Part shown: positions 12,301 to 20,490 of the stretch, piece after piece
How positions within the stretch are numbered: the first letter of the stretch is position 1
Layout of the letters: every line of letters starts with the position of its first letter
IMG/VR virus record: IMGVR_UViG_3300042889_002114
Coordinates: 1 to 58,296 of that record
Source: a virus
Taxonomy: Duplodnaviria > Caudoviricetes
DNA: 58,296 nt
Strand: one strand, 5' to 3'
Notes under the pieces: generated by a model
What the model was told of the DNA's origin: nothing
Database searches by the model: none
Seen by the model: only the letters and a program-made list of their open reading frames with translations
Program-made: the position numbers and the translations under genes

Positions 12301-15300
12301 AGATCTCTTGGATGGTCAGCAAGGTTCCTTCTATCAAAACGCAGGTAATTTGAATGCTGGTACTCTGCTGGCTGCTCGTATGCCAGCCCTCGCAGGTGAC
12401 ATCACGACGTCGGCTGGTGCCGTTGCCACCACCTTGGCGACAGTGAACAGTAACGTGGGATCTTTTGGATCAGCTACCCAAGTAGCTACCTTTACGGTAA
12501 ATGCCAAGGGTTTGATCACGGCAGCCAGTAATACCACTATCGCCATTCCGTGGTCGGCGATCGCAAGCGGCAAGCCCACAACAATCAGTGGTTATGGTAT
12601 CACTGATGCTGTGGCGAGAGCTTCTTTTGCAGTCTCGCCTAACAGTTCAGTGGCGGCGGTTGATATTCGAAATATCACAAACCCCACAACGGGCATCGCG
12701 TATGTCGCCGGCGGCCGCTTCCGCTTCTCATCTCTGAATGATGATTCAACAACTCCGTATGCCGACGTCATCGACCTATCCACATATACCGACTCTAGCG
12801 GTGGCGGCTTCAACTCACTATACTTTGGGAAAAACTCCCAAGTCATTCTTCACAAGTATGCCGCGGCTGGTGGTACGTCTTGGACTACCAAGACTGTAGC
12901 TTATACTGATTCTGTTATTACTGGATCAGTGGCGACGCTGACCACTGGCCGTACTCTGACCATTACAGGTGACCTGACCTGGACATCTCCGTCATTTAAC
13001 GGGTCTGGAAACGTCACTGCCGCAGGCACGTTAGCTACCGTGAACTCCAATGTGGGCTCATTTGGTTCAGCAACTGCCGCTCCTACATTCACCGTCAATG
13101 GCAAAGGATTGATCACGGCGGCTGGTACCGTCACGATCACCCCGGCTTGGTCATCGGTCACATCCAAGCCGACGACACTTTCGGGCTTTGGCATTACAAA
13201 CGCTGTTTCGCAGCAAGATGGCTCCCGTACAAACCTTGACTTTAACGCCCAACTAACCAGCGGTTTCTACAACACAGACGCGTCGCCAACCAATGGGCCT
13301 TCTGCACATGCCTACGGTCAGTTAATTGTTGCCAAGGGCATTGATACCGGTTTGCAAATTGCAGGTGGCTATAACAATGCTCTGTATTTCCGTGGTTGGC
13401 ATAGCAGTGGCACCTTCTATGCATGGCAGAAAATTTGGACCGACAGTAATGATGGAGCCAGTTCGGGCCTCGATGCTGATCTTCTAGACGGTTATCAGTC
13501 GTCGTCGGCAGCAACGGGTAATACGATTGCTCTACGAGATAGTAGCGGCAACCTTTTTGCTCGAGACTTTACAGCATCTCGCGGAGACGGGACCGGTGTA
13601 ATCTATCTCAACGCTGCAGGAACTCGATACCTGTATTATGACGGGACGGCATACAACATGCCGAATGCCGCGTTAAATGTTGGTGGATCCCTTGGTGTTG
13701 GTGCAATCACATCCAGTGGAAGCATCACTGCATCGGGTGCTGGCGGGTTTATTAGTGCCACTTACCAGGCAGGAGCTCGCAACCCAATATGGAGATTTGG
13801 TGATGCTACTGGATATGGACTAAGTTATTTCCAAGGGAGTGCTGGTACTGGCGGCAGTGATAGTATTGGTTTCCACTTTGGAACTGCCACCTCTGCTGGC
13901 TCAATCGTTAATATAACTCCAACCGGCATTGTCATTAATGGTAATGCGGCATGGCATGCTGGTAATGATGGAGCCAGTTCGGGCCTCGATGCTGACCTCC
14001 TAGATGGCCAGCATGGATCGTTCTATCAATCAGCATCTAATATTAACGCGGGTACGCTTGGGTTAAGTTATGTGCCGTCTCAGCTGGTCAGATCAGGAAG
14101 CACTGGTGGAACAAACTGGAACGATGCATCAAGCGTACTGAATGGATTCTCAGGTCTCTTGCTGGGAACAGCGACCAATGGTCCCGGTGGTGGTGTGTAC
14201 TACCATCCTTGGACTATTGAATATTCGACTTCAGGCAATGTTACGCAATTCGCTATTCCATATAGTGATGCTAGTGCAATCCCAACAGGATTGCGATACC
14301 GTGGTCGATATGATGGGTCATGGACTAGCTGGAACACAATTTGGAGTTCTGGCAACGATGGTGCCAGTTCCGGCCTTGACGCGGACCTTCTGGATGGATT
14401 AGAGGCAACTCAATTTGCCCGTCTAGGAACGACTTCGACATTCACTACACAACAGATCATTAGCGGCCAAACTGTCGCCAACGACTGGACCAATTACGGC
14501 TTGCAAATTCGTGAAGTTGGGTTGGTCGGCGCAGCCCAATCATCGGGAAGCTACAACCCTGCCCTGACGTTCCATTGGGCGGGGAGATTCGCTAGACGCC
14601 TCCAAATGAACGCCAGCGGAATACTTCTTTGGGACAGCGATACTGTCTGGCACGCTGGTAACGACGGTTCGGGCTCGGGGCTTGACGCCGACCTCCTGGA
14701 TGGACTGAACTCATCCGCGACATCGGTGGCTAGCACAATTGCGGCCCGTGATGCGTCGGCCCAACTTACAGCCCACAGTTTCCACGTGGCCGCCGCGGCA
14801 GGGCTAGGCATCCGTTTCTGGGAGTCGTCGGATTACTCCATCTATATGTCTGATTCAGGAAACGGAACGTGGGGTGGCCGCGTCATCTCAGAAACCACGT
14901 CCGACTACAACATGTATTTCAAGATGACTTCTGGTACCAACCGCGGCTTCGTGTTTGAGAACGGAGCGACCTCGGTTGCTGGTATCGACGGTGCTGGTAA
15001 CATCAGAAGTGCGGCGGCATTGCGGTCCGTAAATGGACTGGTAAGTATTGGCTCCACTTCAGGATCGACCCATGCTACCCGTCACGTCAACCCAGGCGGT
15101 GGTAGTCGGACTACCGCTACGGCCACGGAAACAGGCGCAATTAAGATCAGACTTCCAAACCTACATTCGAACGCCATGTTCAGGATGCGAGTCGAAATCT
15201 ACAACTATAGTGCAGGGCAATCAGAAACGTTCGTAATTTCTGGATACCCATACAGTGCTACATGGGCCAACTGTTCCGCCGAACAATACACTGATTCGAA

Positions 15301-16489
15301 CGCGACTAAGAAGAGTGTCAGGTTTGGTAACGATGGTACCTATAACTGTGTCTGGATTGGTGAACTAACACAGACGTGGTCGCATCCACAGGTGTTCATC
15401 ACAGAATTCAATTATGGCTATTCTGGCTACACTCTTGATTACTCGTCTGGTTGGGATATTTCATTCGTGGCTTCGTTTGATACCGTTCAGATCACTCGCG
15501 CCGCCGCATATCATTGGAACGCTACCAACGATGGTGCTGGTTCTGGGCTAAACGCAGATCTTCTCGATGGATATGATTCTAGCCAAAATTCTGACACCGC
15601 CAATGCTGTTGCGGTGCGTGATGGTAGTGGTTATCTGAACCAACGTGTTATTCGAAACGCCGTTGGCGGTACTACTGACGGCATGTACGTTGGATATGGA
15701 AACGCAAGTAGCGGCGTGACGCGTCTTTATGGTGGTGGATCAACCAATGCGAGTATGCGAATCAACGCTGCCAACGCAACATGGTATGATGGTACGAGTG
15801 AACAAAATCTTTGGTATAAGGGCAACCTACCGCTCGATTCGTGGCAAACATCTACTGATGGCGTAGCTCGACTCTACTTTGAAGCGTCGTCCCACACCTA
15901 TCTGAGAAGCAACTCCAACATTTACTTCATGAATGCTGGTGGTTCAATTATTGCAACCTTTAACCCCAGCGGTAATTTTACCGCTGCTGGTACGATCGTT
16001 GCAACCAGTACGATCACCGGTACGGAATTTTATTCCGGATCAGGCAACTATTTCCGTGCTGGTGGTACCGGTGGGTTCTACTGCCAGACCTACGATGGTG
16101 GTTGGAATATGACCGATGGTACATGGATTCGTTCTATCGCCAACAAGGGTATTATTACCGGTGGCGCTATTCAAGGCGCCACCGTCACAGCAACATCTGA
16201 CCGTAGACTCAAGACTGAAATTGAACCACTCACGGGATTCAACGAAGTCATTGATTCCACCAATGTTTACAGCTTCATCAAGGATGGTATCCGCCAATGG
16301 GGTGTGATTGCCCAAGAAGTCCTAGAGACGCCGGCAGCACTTCTCGTCCATGAGGGCGGTACGGTGCATGAAGAAGACGGTGACGCTATTCTAACCGTAG
16401 ACTTCGCAGGGTTCACCTACGCTCTTCTTGCAGAAGTGAAGGAACTTCGTAAGCGTGTTGCGGTATTGGAAAACTCTTCCAGGGCTTGA
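6344..16489 (+). CDS. giant tail fibre protein with C-terminal intramolecular chaperone (peptidase S74-like)
   Basis: Repeated GNVGIGT and NDG.SSGLDADLLDG motifs; Gly/Ser/Thr-rich; C-terminal SDRRLK...WGVIAQEV followed by a coiled coil; TAAATA promoter upstream. Confidence 0.9.
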   Translation: MLLYPIRFDVSLNPTDYVDLDNAMRLRIQDTTLIISLQDGKDTLLNHANVGLAYATLNAILVELASSIDAAGWYDMKLVSTQPVDVLNLYTVARYQIKNNSLIISLTNQVEITYNFADQPTLAAFVSDFAAALAALPPQAAGGLQLSDIGVTVQGYDSGLDSLSGLTGAGVVTATATNVFAMRAIGVSSSTDILDRASADSRYALAASSGVTSFNTRTGIVTLTSGDVTTALTFTPLNAATYTAADVLSKLLTVDGTGSLLDADLLDGQNGSYYQDAGNLNAGTILSARLTGTYAISVSGSAATLTTPRTIGGVSFDGSANINLPGVNTTGSQNTTGSAATLTTGRTLAITGDLTWTSPSFNGSGNVTAAGTLATVNSNVGSFGSTSAVPIITVNAKGLITAVSTAALGTAAVANIGTSGATVPLLNTSNTFSGATTTFTGNVTMAKASPTWVFDDTAQIAPSPVGLFRLYSAAGNLYYTRNLSTTRDFSSEASVLVINGTTGAIIFTSSVLTAAGNQIWHGGNDGASSGLDSDLLDGQQGSFYQDAANLNAGTILAARMPAHTGDVTSSAGSVALTLATVNSNVGSFGSATAAPTFTVNAKGLLTAAGSVAITPAWSSITSKPTTISGFGITDAVLKTGDTMTGNLLLTGGGTYAEPATIAGVLSMDTVGGDFTISSRSNGGSTGIAFRTSSSGTGAVRMRISSAGDVGIGASAPSQKFAVDVGREQVFGVDTLGYVTMPHADASGYSVLKAASGRGLRFMSNTTTLFTLPSSPASTVSLGYAALQIGDSSSSGYSIYLGSIGNSDLNLRGGDGNVARTADVIISVKDNVEVARFTDTARLGIGTNAPNATLGVVGRALIGNVDVGGVLGVYNASSGTVAAFQSNGAANGDTILAVNQGGTTVTGSVYGFKAGMSCTSDALATVQQGGAGNAVFESLVLGVGDALSRYSINGGAAWSVGLDNSDGDKFKIAGSGSLGTTDRLTIDSSGNVGIGTTSPLAKLHVDAHGSLTGGEPTYRGNLIIYQGNNIEAGHGGLEFKVDNSSSGYGSRILNVFDGSASYDVRFQTRSNSSAWTTRMSIGGSAGRVGVGTTSPLTLFHAAGTATFGAGNQGSLIGSSAVNIHSSSGSVASLTIWQNGVASSQFGHKANDTNLYITNDYAGAGLGYAVTSIALTSGGDVGVGTTTPAHKLDVAGTFRHTGVITNAAGIKTYSVAPANQGNVNSTYEIMRISRDPLNWSNNMPYEITVYSKYYQSGGMTKWLLSYGYESNGTLSCIDARGAQKFRVYLGAEVTVNANVAYRPVFVDIPNYYDVAIEVKFSTNVVTSITDESQVHFTGTMAVGTGTLYSGDTHIVPDGGNVGIGTTSPGTILAVRDPGTGLGFTNAAGGNLNIGLLAGTGSSLGYIFQRANADLIFGTNNTETLRILANGNVGIGTSSPDAKLHVVGSIAVIDSISNPAIYIGEAFTGGNYGYLTWDRASDLLQLGTQTFGPTVTINESGNVGIGESSPSERLVVAGQGTGRMLVGDVGFGDGYTGLSMNGVLSSTNYNLLGSPGQNHLWINRATGGNIYFREGNTDQVTIQATTGNVGIGNTNPAAGKLQVSYTNPVGVPAAGIAGHAIAAGTSGYGAAIGVLTSGNVYLQATRWDGLATNYDLLLQPNGGNVGIGMTDPAYQFEVGKTTGGTLAVSTTGQAGLNVSPLIPTINFLGYLDKVKAAITAEDREGNVLGGWLNFHTMDTSNVSQKRVTIDPSGNFGIGIAVPLSRLHTYRNGSAATASLTIEEAGTGDASLSFLLTGAIQWSMGLDNSDSDKFKISASSALGTTDYLSIDGAGATAFTSSTLTAGGNTVWHAGNDGAGTGLDADTVDGIQAAVLVRTNVDAQNIGVASLYLNGGRGLSMGYSGGNYGGIGYNITYTGTSDTHIAPSTDTASRLDFTSGGMTLWGNAAGLAGRTVTWTTLLQVPLSGNMLLRGDAVWTAGNDGASSGLDADLLDGQQGSFYQNAGNLNAGTLLAARMPALAGDITTSAGAVATTLATVNSNVGSFGSATQVATFTVNAKGLITAASNTTIAIPWSAIASGKPTTISGYGITDAVARASFAVSPNSSVAAVDIRNITNPTTGIAYVAGGRFRFSSLNDDSTTPYADVIDLSTYTDSSGGGFNSLYFGKNSQVILHKYAAAGGTSWTTKTVAYTDSVITGSVATLTTGRTLTITGDLTWTSPSFNGSGNVTAAGTLATVNSNVGSFGSATAAPTFTVNGKGLITAAGTVTITPAWSSVTSKPTTLSGFGITNAVSQQDGSRTNLDFNAQLTSGFYNTDASPTNGPSAHAYGQLIVAKGIDTGLQIAGGYNNALYFRGWHSSGTFYAWQKIWTDSNDGASSGLDADLLDGYQSSSAATGNTIALRDSSGNLFARDFTASRGDGTGVIYLNAAGTRYLYYDGTAYNMPNAALNVGGSLGVGAITSSGSITASGAGGFISATYQAGARNPIWRFGDATGYGLSYFQGSAGTGGSDSIGFHFGTATSAGSIVNITPTGIVINGNAAWHAGNDGASSGLDADLLDGQHGSFYQSASNINAGTLGLSYVPSQLVRSGSTGGTNWNDASSVLNGFSGLLLGTATNGPGGGVYYHPWTIEYSTSGNVTQFAIPYSDASAIPTGLRYRGRYDGSWTSWNTIWSSGNDGASSGLDADLLDGLEATQFARLGTTSTFTTQQIISGQTVANDWTNYGLQIREVGLVGAAQSSGSYNPALTFHWAGRFARRLQMNASGILLWDSDTVWHAGNDGSGSGLDADLLDGLNSSATSVASTIAARDASAQLTAHSFHVAAAAGLGIRFWESSDYSIYMSDSGNGTWGGRVISETTSDYNMYFKMTSGTNRGFVFENGATSVAGIDGAGNIRSAAALRSVNGLVSIGSTSGSTHATRHVNPGGGSRTTATATETGAIKIRLPNLHSNAMFRMRVEIYNYSAGQSETFVISGYPYSATWANCSAEQYTDSNATKKSVRFGNDGTYNCVWIGELTQTWSHPQVFITEFNYGYSGYTLDYSSGWDISFVASFDTVQITRAAAYHWNATNDGAGSGLNADLLDGYDSSQNSDTANAVAVRDGSGYLNQRVIRNAVGGTTDGMYVGYGNASSGVTRLYGGGSTNASMRINAANATWYDGTSEQNLWYKGNLPLDSWQTSTDGVARLYFEASSHTYLRSNSNIYFMNAGGSIIATFNPSGNFTAAGTIVATSTITGTEFYSGSGNYFRAGGTGGFYCQTYDGGWNMTDGTWIRSIANKGIITGGAIQGATVTATSDRRLKTEIEPLTGFNEVIDSTNVYSFIKDGIRQWGVIAQEVLETPAALLVHEGGTVHEEDGDAILTVDFAGFTYALLAEVKELRKRVAVLENSSRA

Positions 16490-16532
16490 CATATAGGTGA
16501 GATTTGCTAAAACAGGCGTTCGAGGAGATCGA

Positions 16533-17033
16533 ATGTCTAAAGAATTAGTGGATTACGCCGTCTATGATGGTCGGCGCCGGCTTATTGAACACCTACACGT
16601 TCCCTCACCAGAGCTTCTGGGAGAGCTTCTTTATGAAGATGGCATTCGATCCATTCAGGATGAAGTGGAGGGTATGACCATCTTCCATGTGGGAGACCGT
16701 CGCTACATCACCATGGCCGGACGCGCTTCCAAGAACTCGGATTCATTATGGTCCTGGAGACTTCTTGAGTTTAGAGCACCACATGAAACGGGTGCTGCTA
16801 TGTCAGCATCAATGACTTTCGACACTGTGAAAGAACGTCATTATGCTCCTATTGCCTTCATGGACAAGGAACCTTTAGATGCTGATCACGAGATCACATT
16901 CCAGGTGTTTCGTCCCTCAGATACCATCCACTATCCATTGAGCTCAACGGGTTATGTGGTTCAGCGTACCATCATGGGTTTAGCCAGGACCAAGGGTCGT
17001 GGTATCTTCCCCTCTAAGTGGCTTGACAACTAG
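16533..17033 (+). CDS. hypothetical protein
   Basis: GAGGAG RBS before ATG at 16533. Confidence 0.6.
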   Translation: MSKELVDYAVYDGRRRLIEHLHVPSPELLGELLYEDGIRSIQDEVEGMTIFHVGDRRYITMAGRASKNSDSLWSWRLLEFRAPHETGAAMSASMTFDTVKERHYAPIAFMDKEPLDADHEITFQVFRPSDTIHYPLSSTGYVVQRTIMGLARTKGRGIFPSKWLDN

Positions 17034-17051
17034 TCGCGGTTGAGCTATGGT
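17023..17051 (+). promoter_or_regulatory. sigma70-like promoter
   Basis: TTGACA-17nt-TATGGT directly before the tRNA-like gene. Confidence 0.6.
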
Positions 17052-17062
17052 CTCATTCTACT

Positions 17063-17138
17063 GTCGAGGTGGCAGAGTGGTTATGCACTGTGTCGGAAGA
17101 CGCAGGGACAGGTGGTTCAAGTCCCCTCCTCGACGCCC
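17063..17138 (+). ncRNA. tRNA-like RNA with a GNRA-capped anticodon arm
   Basis: Acceptor GTCGAGG/CCTCGAC, D arm and T loop present; anticodon arm CTGTGTC-GGAA-GACGCAG. Confidence 0.7.
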
Positions 17139-17141
17139 AGG

Positions 17142-17169
17142 GCACTGTTGAAAACGACAGTGCCTTTTT
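17142..17169 (+). terminator. rho-independent terminator
   Basis: GGCACTGT...ACAGTGCC followed by TTTTT. Confidence 0.8.
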
Positions 17170-17195
17170 CGTGACTTCCTAGAGCTAAATAGGTT

Positions 17196-17244
17196 CTGGA
17201 TGCCTTCGGGGTCCATACATCAACCTTGCTCTATGGAGGTCTAT
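17196..17244 (+). promoter_or_regulatory. ROSE-like RNA thermometer leader
   Basis: UUCG hairpin, then ACCTTGCT pairing with the GGAGGT SD (UYGCU motif) before hsp20. Confidence 0.55.
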
Positions 17245-17691
17245 ATGACTAACTCACTACTCACCGCTGGTACCTATACGAGCGCCAGCCTACCCGATCT
17301 TATGAAGCGCCTTACTCGCTCAACTATCGGAAGCGATGCCTGGTTTGCATCGAACGATTTTGCTATCGACAACTATCCACCCTACAACCTAGAACGCTTC
17401 CTCGATGATAGCTATCGCTTGAGCTTCGCCGTGGCAGGTTTTGCCCGCGATGATCTGACTATCATGGTAAAGGATAACAACCTGATCATTCAGGGAAGTC
17501 GCACTGAAGACGATGCAGATCCTGAACAATTCATCCATCGTGGTATCGGACTTCGAGACTTCACTCGTACGTTCAAGCTAGACCGAGACGTAGAGGTCGA
17601 GAGTTCTCGCCTAGAGAATGGACTCTTGGTCGTAGTGCTACGGCGTAAAAAGGTTGAAGACGAAGATGGTGTAACCATTCAAATCGGCTAA
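17245..17691 (+). CDS. small heat shock protein (Hsp20/IbpA-like)
   Basis: YPPYN..., AVAGF, HRGI..RDFTRTF.L, LENGLL. Confidence 0.93.
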   Translation: MTNSLLTAGTYTSASLPDLMKRLTRSTIGSDAWFASNDFAIDNYPPYNLERFLDDSYRLSFAVAGFARDDLTIMVKDNNLIIQGSRTEDDADPEQFIHRGIGLRDFTRTFKLDRDVEVESSRLENGLLVVVLRRKKVEDEDGVTIQIG

Positions 17692-17692
17692 G

Positions 17693-17721
17693 GGAAGGCG
17701 GGACAAGTTCCCGCCTTTTCC
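17693..17721 (+). terminator. terminator after hsp20
   Basis: AAGGCGGGA/TCCCGCCTTTT. Confidence 0.7.
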
Positions 17722-17815
17722 ATGACTAATTTGTCTCCTGAATAATGACTCAGGAAGCCTCCAGGGTGCATAAACAGCGGATAGACCAGGTTAACTGGCG
17801 CCCCACGAGGTTGTT

Positions 17816-18658
17816 ATGATACTAGATAAGAATTTAGTTCAGGTGACTCCTGAACAGATGGTAGAAATCCGCAAAGCTATTAAGGCTAACGCGCGAGAGG
17901 ATGTGAGGCAAACTCGGAAGGGTATTCACTCTACCAATCTGTTTTGGATGTACGATACGCAGACCAAGACCGTGAAGAAATGCCACAAGCGCAGTACCGG
18001 TCGAAAGACAGATGACATCTATGCAGCCTCGGTAGTGGGTGCTCTGGTTATCCAAGGCAAGACAGGCGCTGACGCTGCCCTACCCATTAGTGATACCCTC
18101 TTGGAGCTCGTTGAGCTAAAGTTGTGCTACCGAAGTCTGGGTGAGTGTTGGGTGAGTAGTGAGATTCTCACTGACAAAAAGGTCCTTAGTTACACCAACC
18201 TGGAATATACCGTCTACGTTGGAGAGAATAAGTTTACGAGTAAGAAGAGCCTCAAGAGCAGCATCTGTGCTAGTTTTGAGATCTCTGAAGATGGCAATCT
18301 GGCTAGCAAGAACCGACGCACCTTTCTTTGCATTCGTGATGACGACAATGATGCGGTTATCGAGGTGGTTGAGCTAAGTGGTGATAAGGTTCATGAACTC
18401 CTGAAGGTTCGTTGTCAGGGGCGTAAGACCAAGACCGCGTTTAAGCCCAAGATCACATTCAATCAGTTCCTAGAACAAGGTTCGGTGTTTCACGGTCTCA
18501 TTCCCAGCGTGGGTATGGACAGGTGGAGCGAAGGATTGATTAAGAAGGCCGCAAAGAAGCACATGACACGCCGCGCTCGATTGATCAACAAACTGCCAGA
18601 GCTGCAGAAAGCCAAGCGGCTGAAGCGTGACCGAGATAACCGCCGCAAGGCGGCCTAA
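17816..18658 (+). CDS. hypothetical basic protein
   Basis: 280-aa Lys/Arg-rich ORF with GAGG RBS. Confidence 0.65.
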   Translation: MILDKNLVQVTPEQMVEIRKAIKANAREDVRQTRKGIHSTNLFWMYDTQTKTVKKCHKRSTGRKTDDIYAASVVGALVIQGKTGADAALPISDTLLELVELKLCYRSLGECWVSSEILTDKKVLSYTNLEYTVYVGENKFTSKKSLKSSICASFEISEDGNLASKNRRTFLCIRDDDNDAVIEVVELSGDKVHELLKVRCQGRKTKTAFKPKITFNQFLEQGSVFHGLIPSVGMDRWSEGLIKKAAKKHMTRRARLINKLPELQKAKRLKRDRDNRRKAA

Positions 18659-18713
18659 GAAGTTGACACTGGTAGGCTCTGGCGTTAAAAAGCGCGACAA
18701 ATAGGAGTACCAC

Positions 18714-19010
18714 TTGTCCAGCACCGACATCGCCACCGAAACTCGAGTCAAGATCAAAGAGCCAAGCCTCTATAAGGTGGTTCTTCAGAATGATAACTTC
18801 ACTCCCATGGAGTTCGTCATCCAGGTGCTGATGCAGATCTTTGCCATGGATGAGCCTACAGCCCACGAGGTTACGATGCAGATTCACAACAAGGGTCGTG
18901 GCGTCTGTGGTGTGTTCAGCAAAGAAGTCGCCGAGACCAAGGTCTATGAAACAATGATGGCCGCGAAATCCTATGGCTATCCCTTGGTCGCGCAGGTCGA
19001 GAAAGACTAA
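18714..19010 (+). CDS. clpS: Clp protease adaptor ClpS
   Basis: PSLYKVVLQNDNFTPMEFV...IHNKGRGVCG...EVAETK...YPL. Confidence 0.95.
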   Translation: MSSTDIATETRVKIKEPSLYKVVLQNDNFTPMEFVIQVLMQIFAMDEPTAHEVTMQIHNKGRGVCGVFSKEVAETKVYETMMAAKSYGYPLVAQVEKD

Positions 19011-19672
19011 TGACCATCAGGAGTAACCACGATCTACCAATGGTTCGTATGAGCCTGCAGGAGATTGAGGAGACCTTGAATTACATGGCGGGTGCGGTTA
19101 CCCTCCACAAGTCCAAAAAGAAAGCCAAGATTGGTATCACGCTGAATTCCACAGAGTTTGACTCTATAGAGAAGGCCAAGAAATTCATCGCCCATTATGA
19201 CTCCAACTACAGTCATAGTGGACAGAGTTTCGCGGACAAGATCGTCAATATCAAGCTTGAAGCCAAATGCACCGATGCTGACGAAGATTCCTACAGGGAT
19301 CGCGGCTATCGAAACATGGAAGTCGACATCAGAGAGAACCAGGTTCGCACCATGGTCTATGGCGATAACAACACGGATGTGTCTTGGGTTCACGGACAGG
19401 CTGAACTCTTTGATGCCCATATGCGACAATACGCCCTACCAGTCGCAGCTAAGGCCGTGAAGGTTGTGGGTCTGAGTAGCGCGGGTTTGATTTCCGTTGG
19501 CGGCCTTGTCGCCGGCCTTTTGATCTCGCCCTTTTTCCTACCCGTGATAGTTGTGGGAGGAGCAATCGCATTCGCGAGCCACAAAACCACACAGGGTAAG
19601 ATCATCAGCAAAGTCAGCTTCCTGCCTGCTCCTGAGCGGAACGCAGACGTGCTCGTGAACGTCGCCAGATAA
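19010..19672 (+). CDS. hypothetical membrane protein
   Basis: C-terminal hydrophobic hairpin; coupled to clpS. Confidence 0.65.
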   Translation: MTIRSNHDLPMVRMSLQEIEETLNYMAGAVTLHKSKKKAKIGITLNSTEFDSIEKAKKFIAHYDSNYSHSGQSFADKIVNIKLEAKCTDADEDSYRDRGYRNMEVDIRENQVRTMVYGDNNTDVSWVHGQAELFDAHMRQYALPVAAKAVKVVGLSSAGLISVGGLVAGLLISPFFLPVIVVGGAIAFASHKTTQGKIISKVSFLPAPERNADVLVNVAR

Positions 19673-19776
19673 ACATATTGCCCTGGCGGGTATTTCTACC
19701 GTATAAATAACGATGTTGGGATGACCCTGTTCCAGCACGTCTTAAGTCTCGCGCGTTAGCGAGCAGAAGGAATAAA

Positions 19777-20490
19777 ATGACTATAGTGAATGCCGTCGAG
19801 GTTGCCGCCTCGACTAAAAAGAACAATGGCGAAACCCTCATCAACATCGTACTAGACGAAACCGGCTCGATGAATTCGTGTTGGGACCCGACGATCAGTG
19901 CCTTCAATGACTATCTGGGAAGCCAGAAGTCTCTTGATGGTGTCTGCAAGGTGACGATGACGATGTTCAGTAATGCGGGTGGCTATGGCACCCGTGGCGC
20001 TGGTGCCAACATCCGTACCATCTACTCCAACACACCAGTGGCTGATGTGACACCGCTGAGCCGCACCAACTACCGTCCCAACGGTGGTACCAATCTCTAT
20101 GATGCGATTGGCACAGCCATCCGCAACACAGAGACGCAGCTTGCTGGTCAGGACACCGTCCCCAACGTGCTCATGGTTATCATCACCGATGGTGAAGAGA
20201 ACTGCTCAACTGAGTTTACGGTCAAGGGCATCAAGGACCTGGTGAAAGCCAAAGAAGCTGATGGTTGGACGTTCGTGTACCTGGGTGCAAACCAAGATGC
20301 ATGGAAGGTTGGCCAGGCCTTCGGACTTGCCAAGGGCCAGACCAAATCCTACGACACCGCCAACATGGCAGCCACCATGGCTGCCGTATCTGGCTCCACC
20401 ATGGCATACCGCAGCACTCGTGGTGCCTTTGGCTCCGCCAATGGCACGGTGGAGAAGGACTTCTTCAAGGGCGACACGGATGCGATCTAA
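19777..20490 (+). CDS. von Willebrand factor A (vWA) domain protein
   Basis: MIDAS motif LDETGSM, GGTNLYDAIG, IITDGEEN, FVYLGAN. Confidence 0.9.
   Translation: MTIVNAVEVAASTKKNNGETLINIVLDETGSMNSCWDPTISAFNDYLGSQKSLDGVCKVTMTMFSNAGGYGTRGAGANIRTIYSNTPVADVTPLSRTNYRPNGGTNLYDAIGTAIRNTETQLAGQDTVPNVLMVIITDGEENCSTEFTVKGIKDLVKAKEADGWTFVYLGANQDAWKVGQAFGLAKGQTKSYDTANMAATMAAVSGSTMAYRSTRGAFGSANGTVEKDFFKGDTDAI

Noticed and set aside
6344-16489. Diversity-generating retroelement acting on the tail fibre
   Set aside because: No reverse transcriptase in the window, and repeat differences are mostly synonymous rather than adenine-specific.
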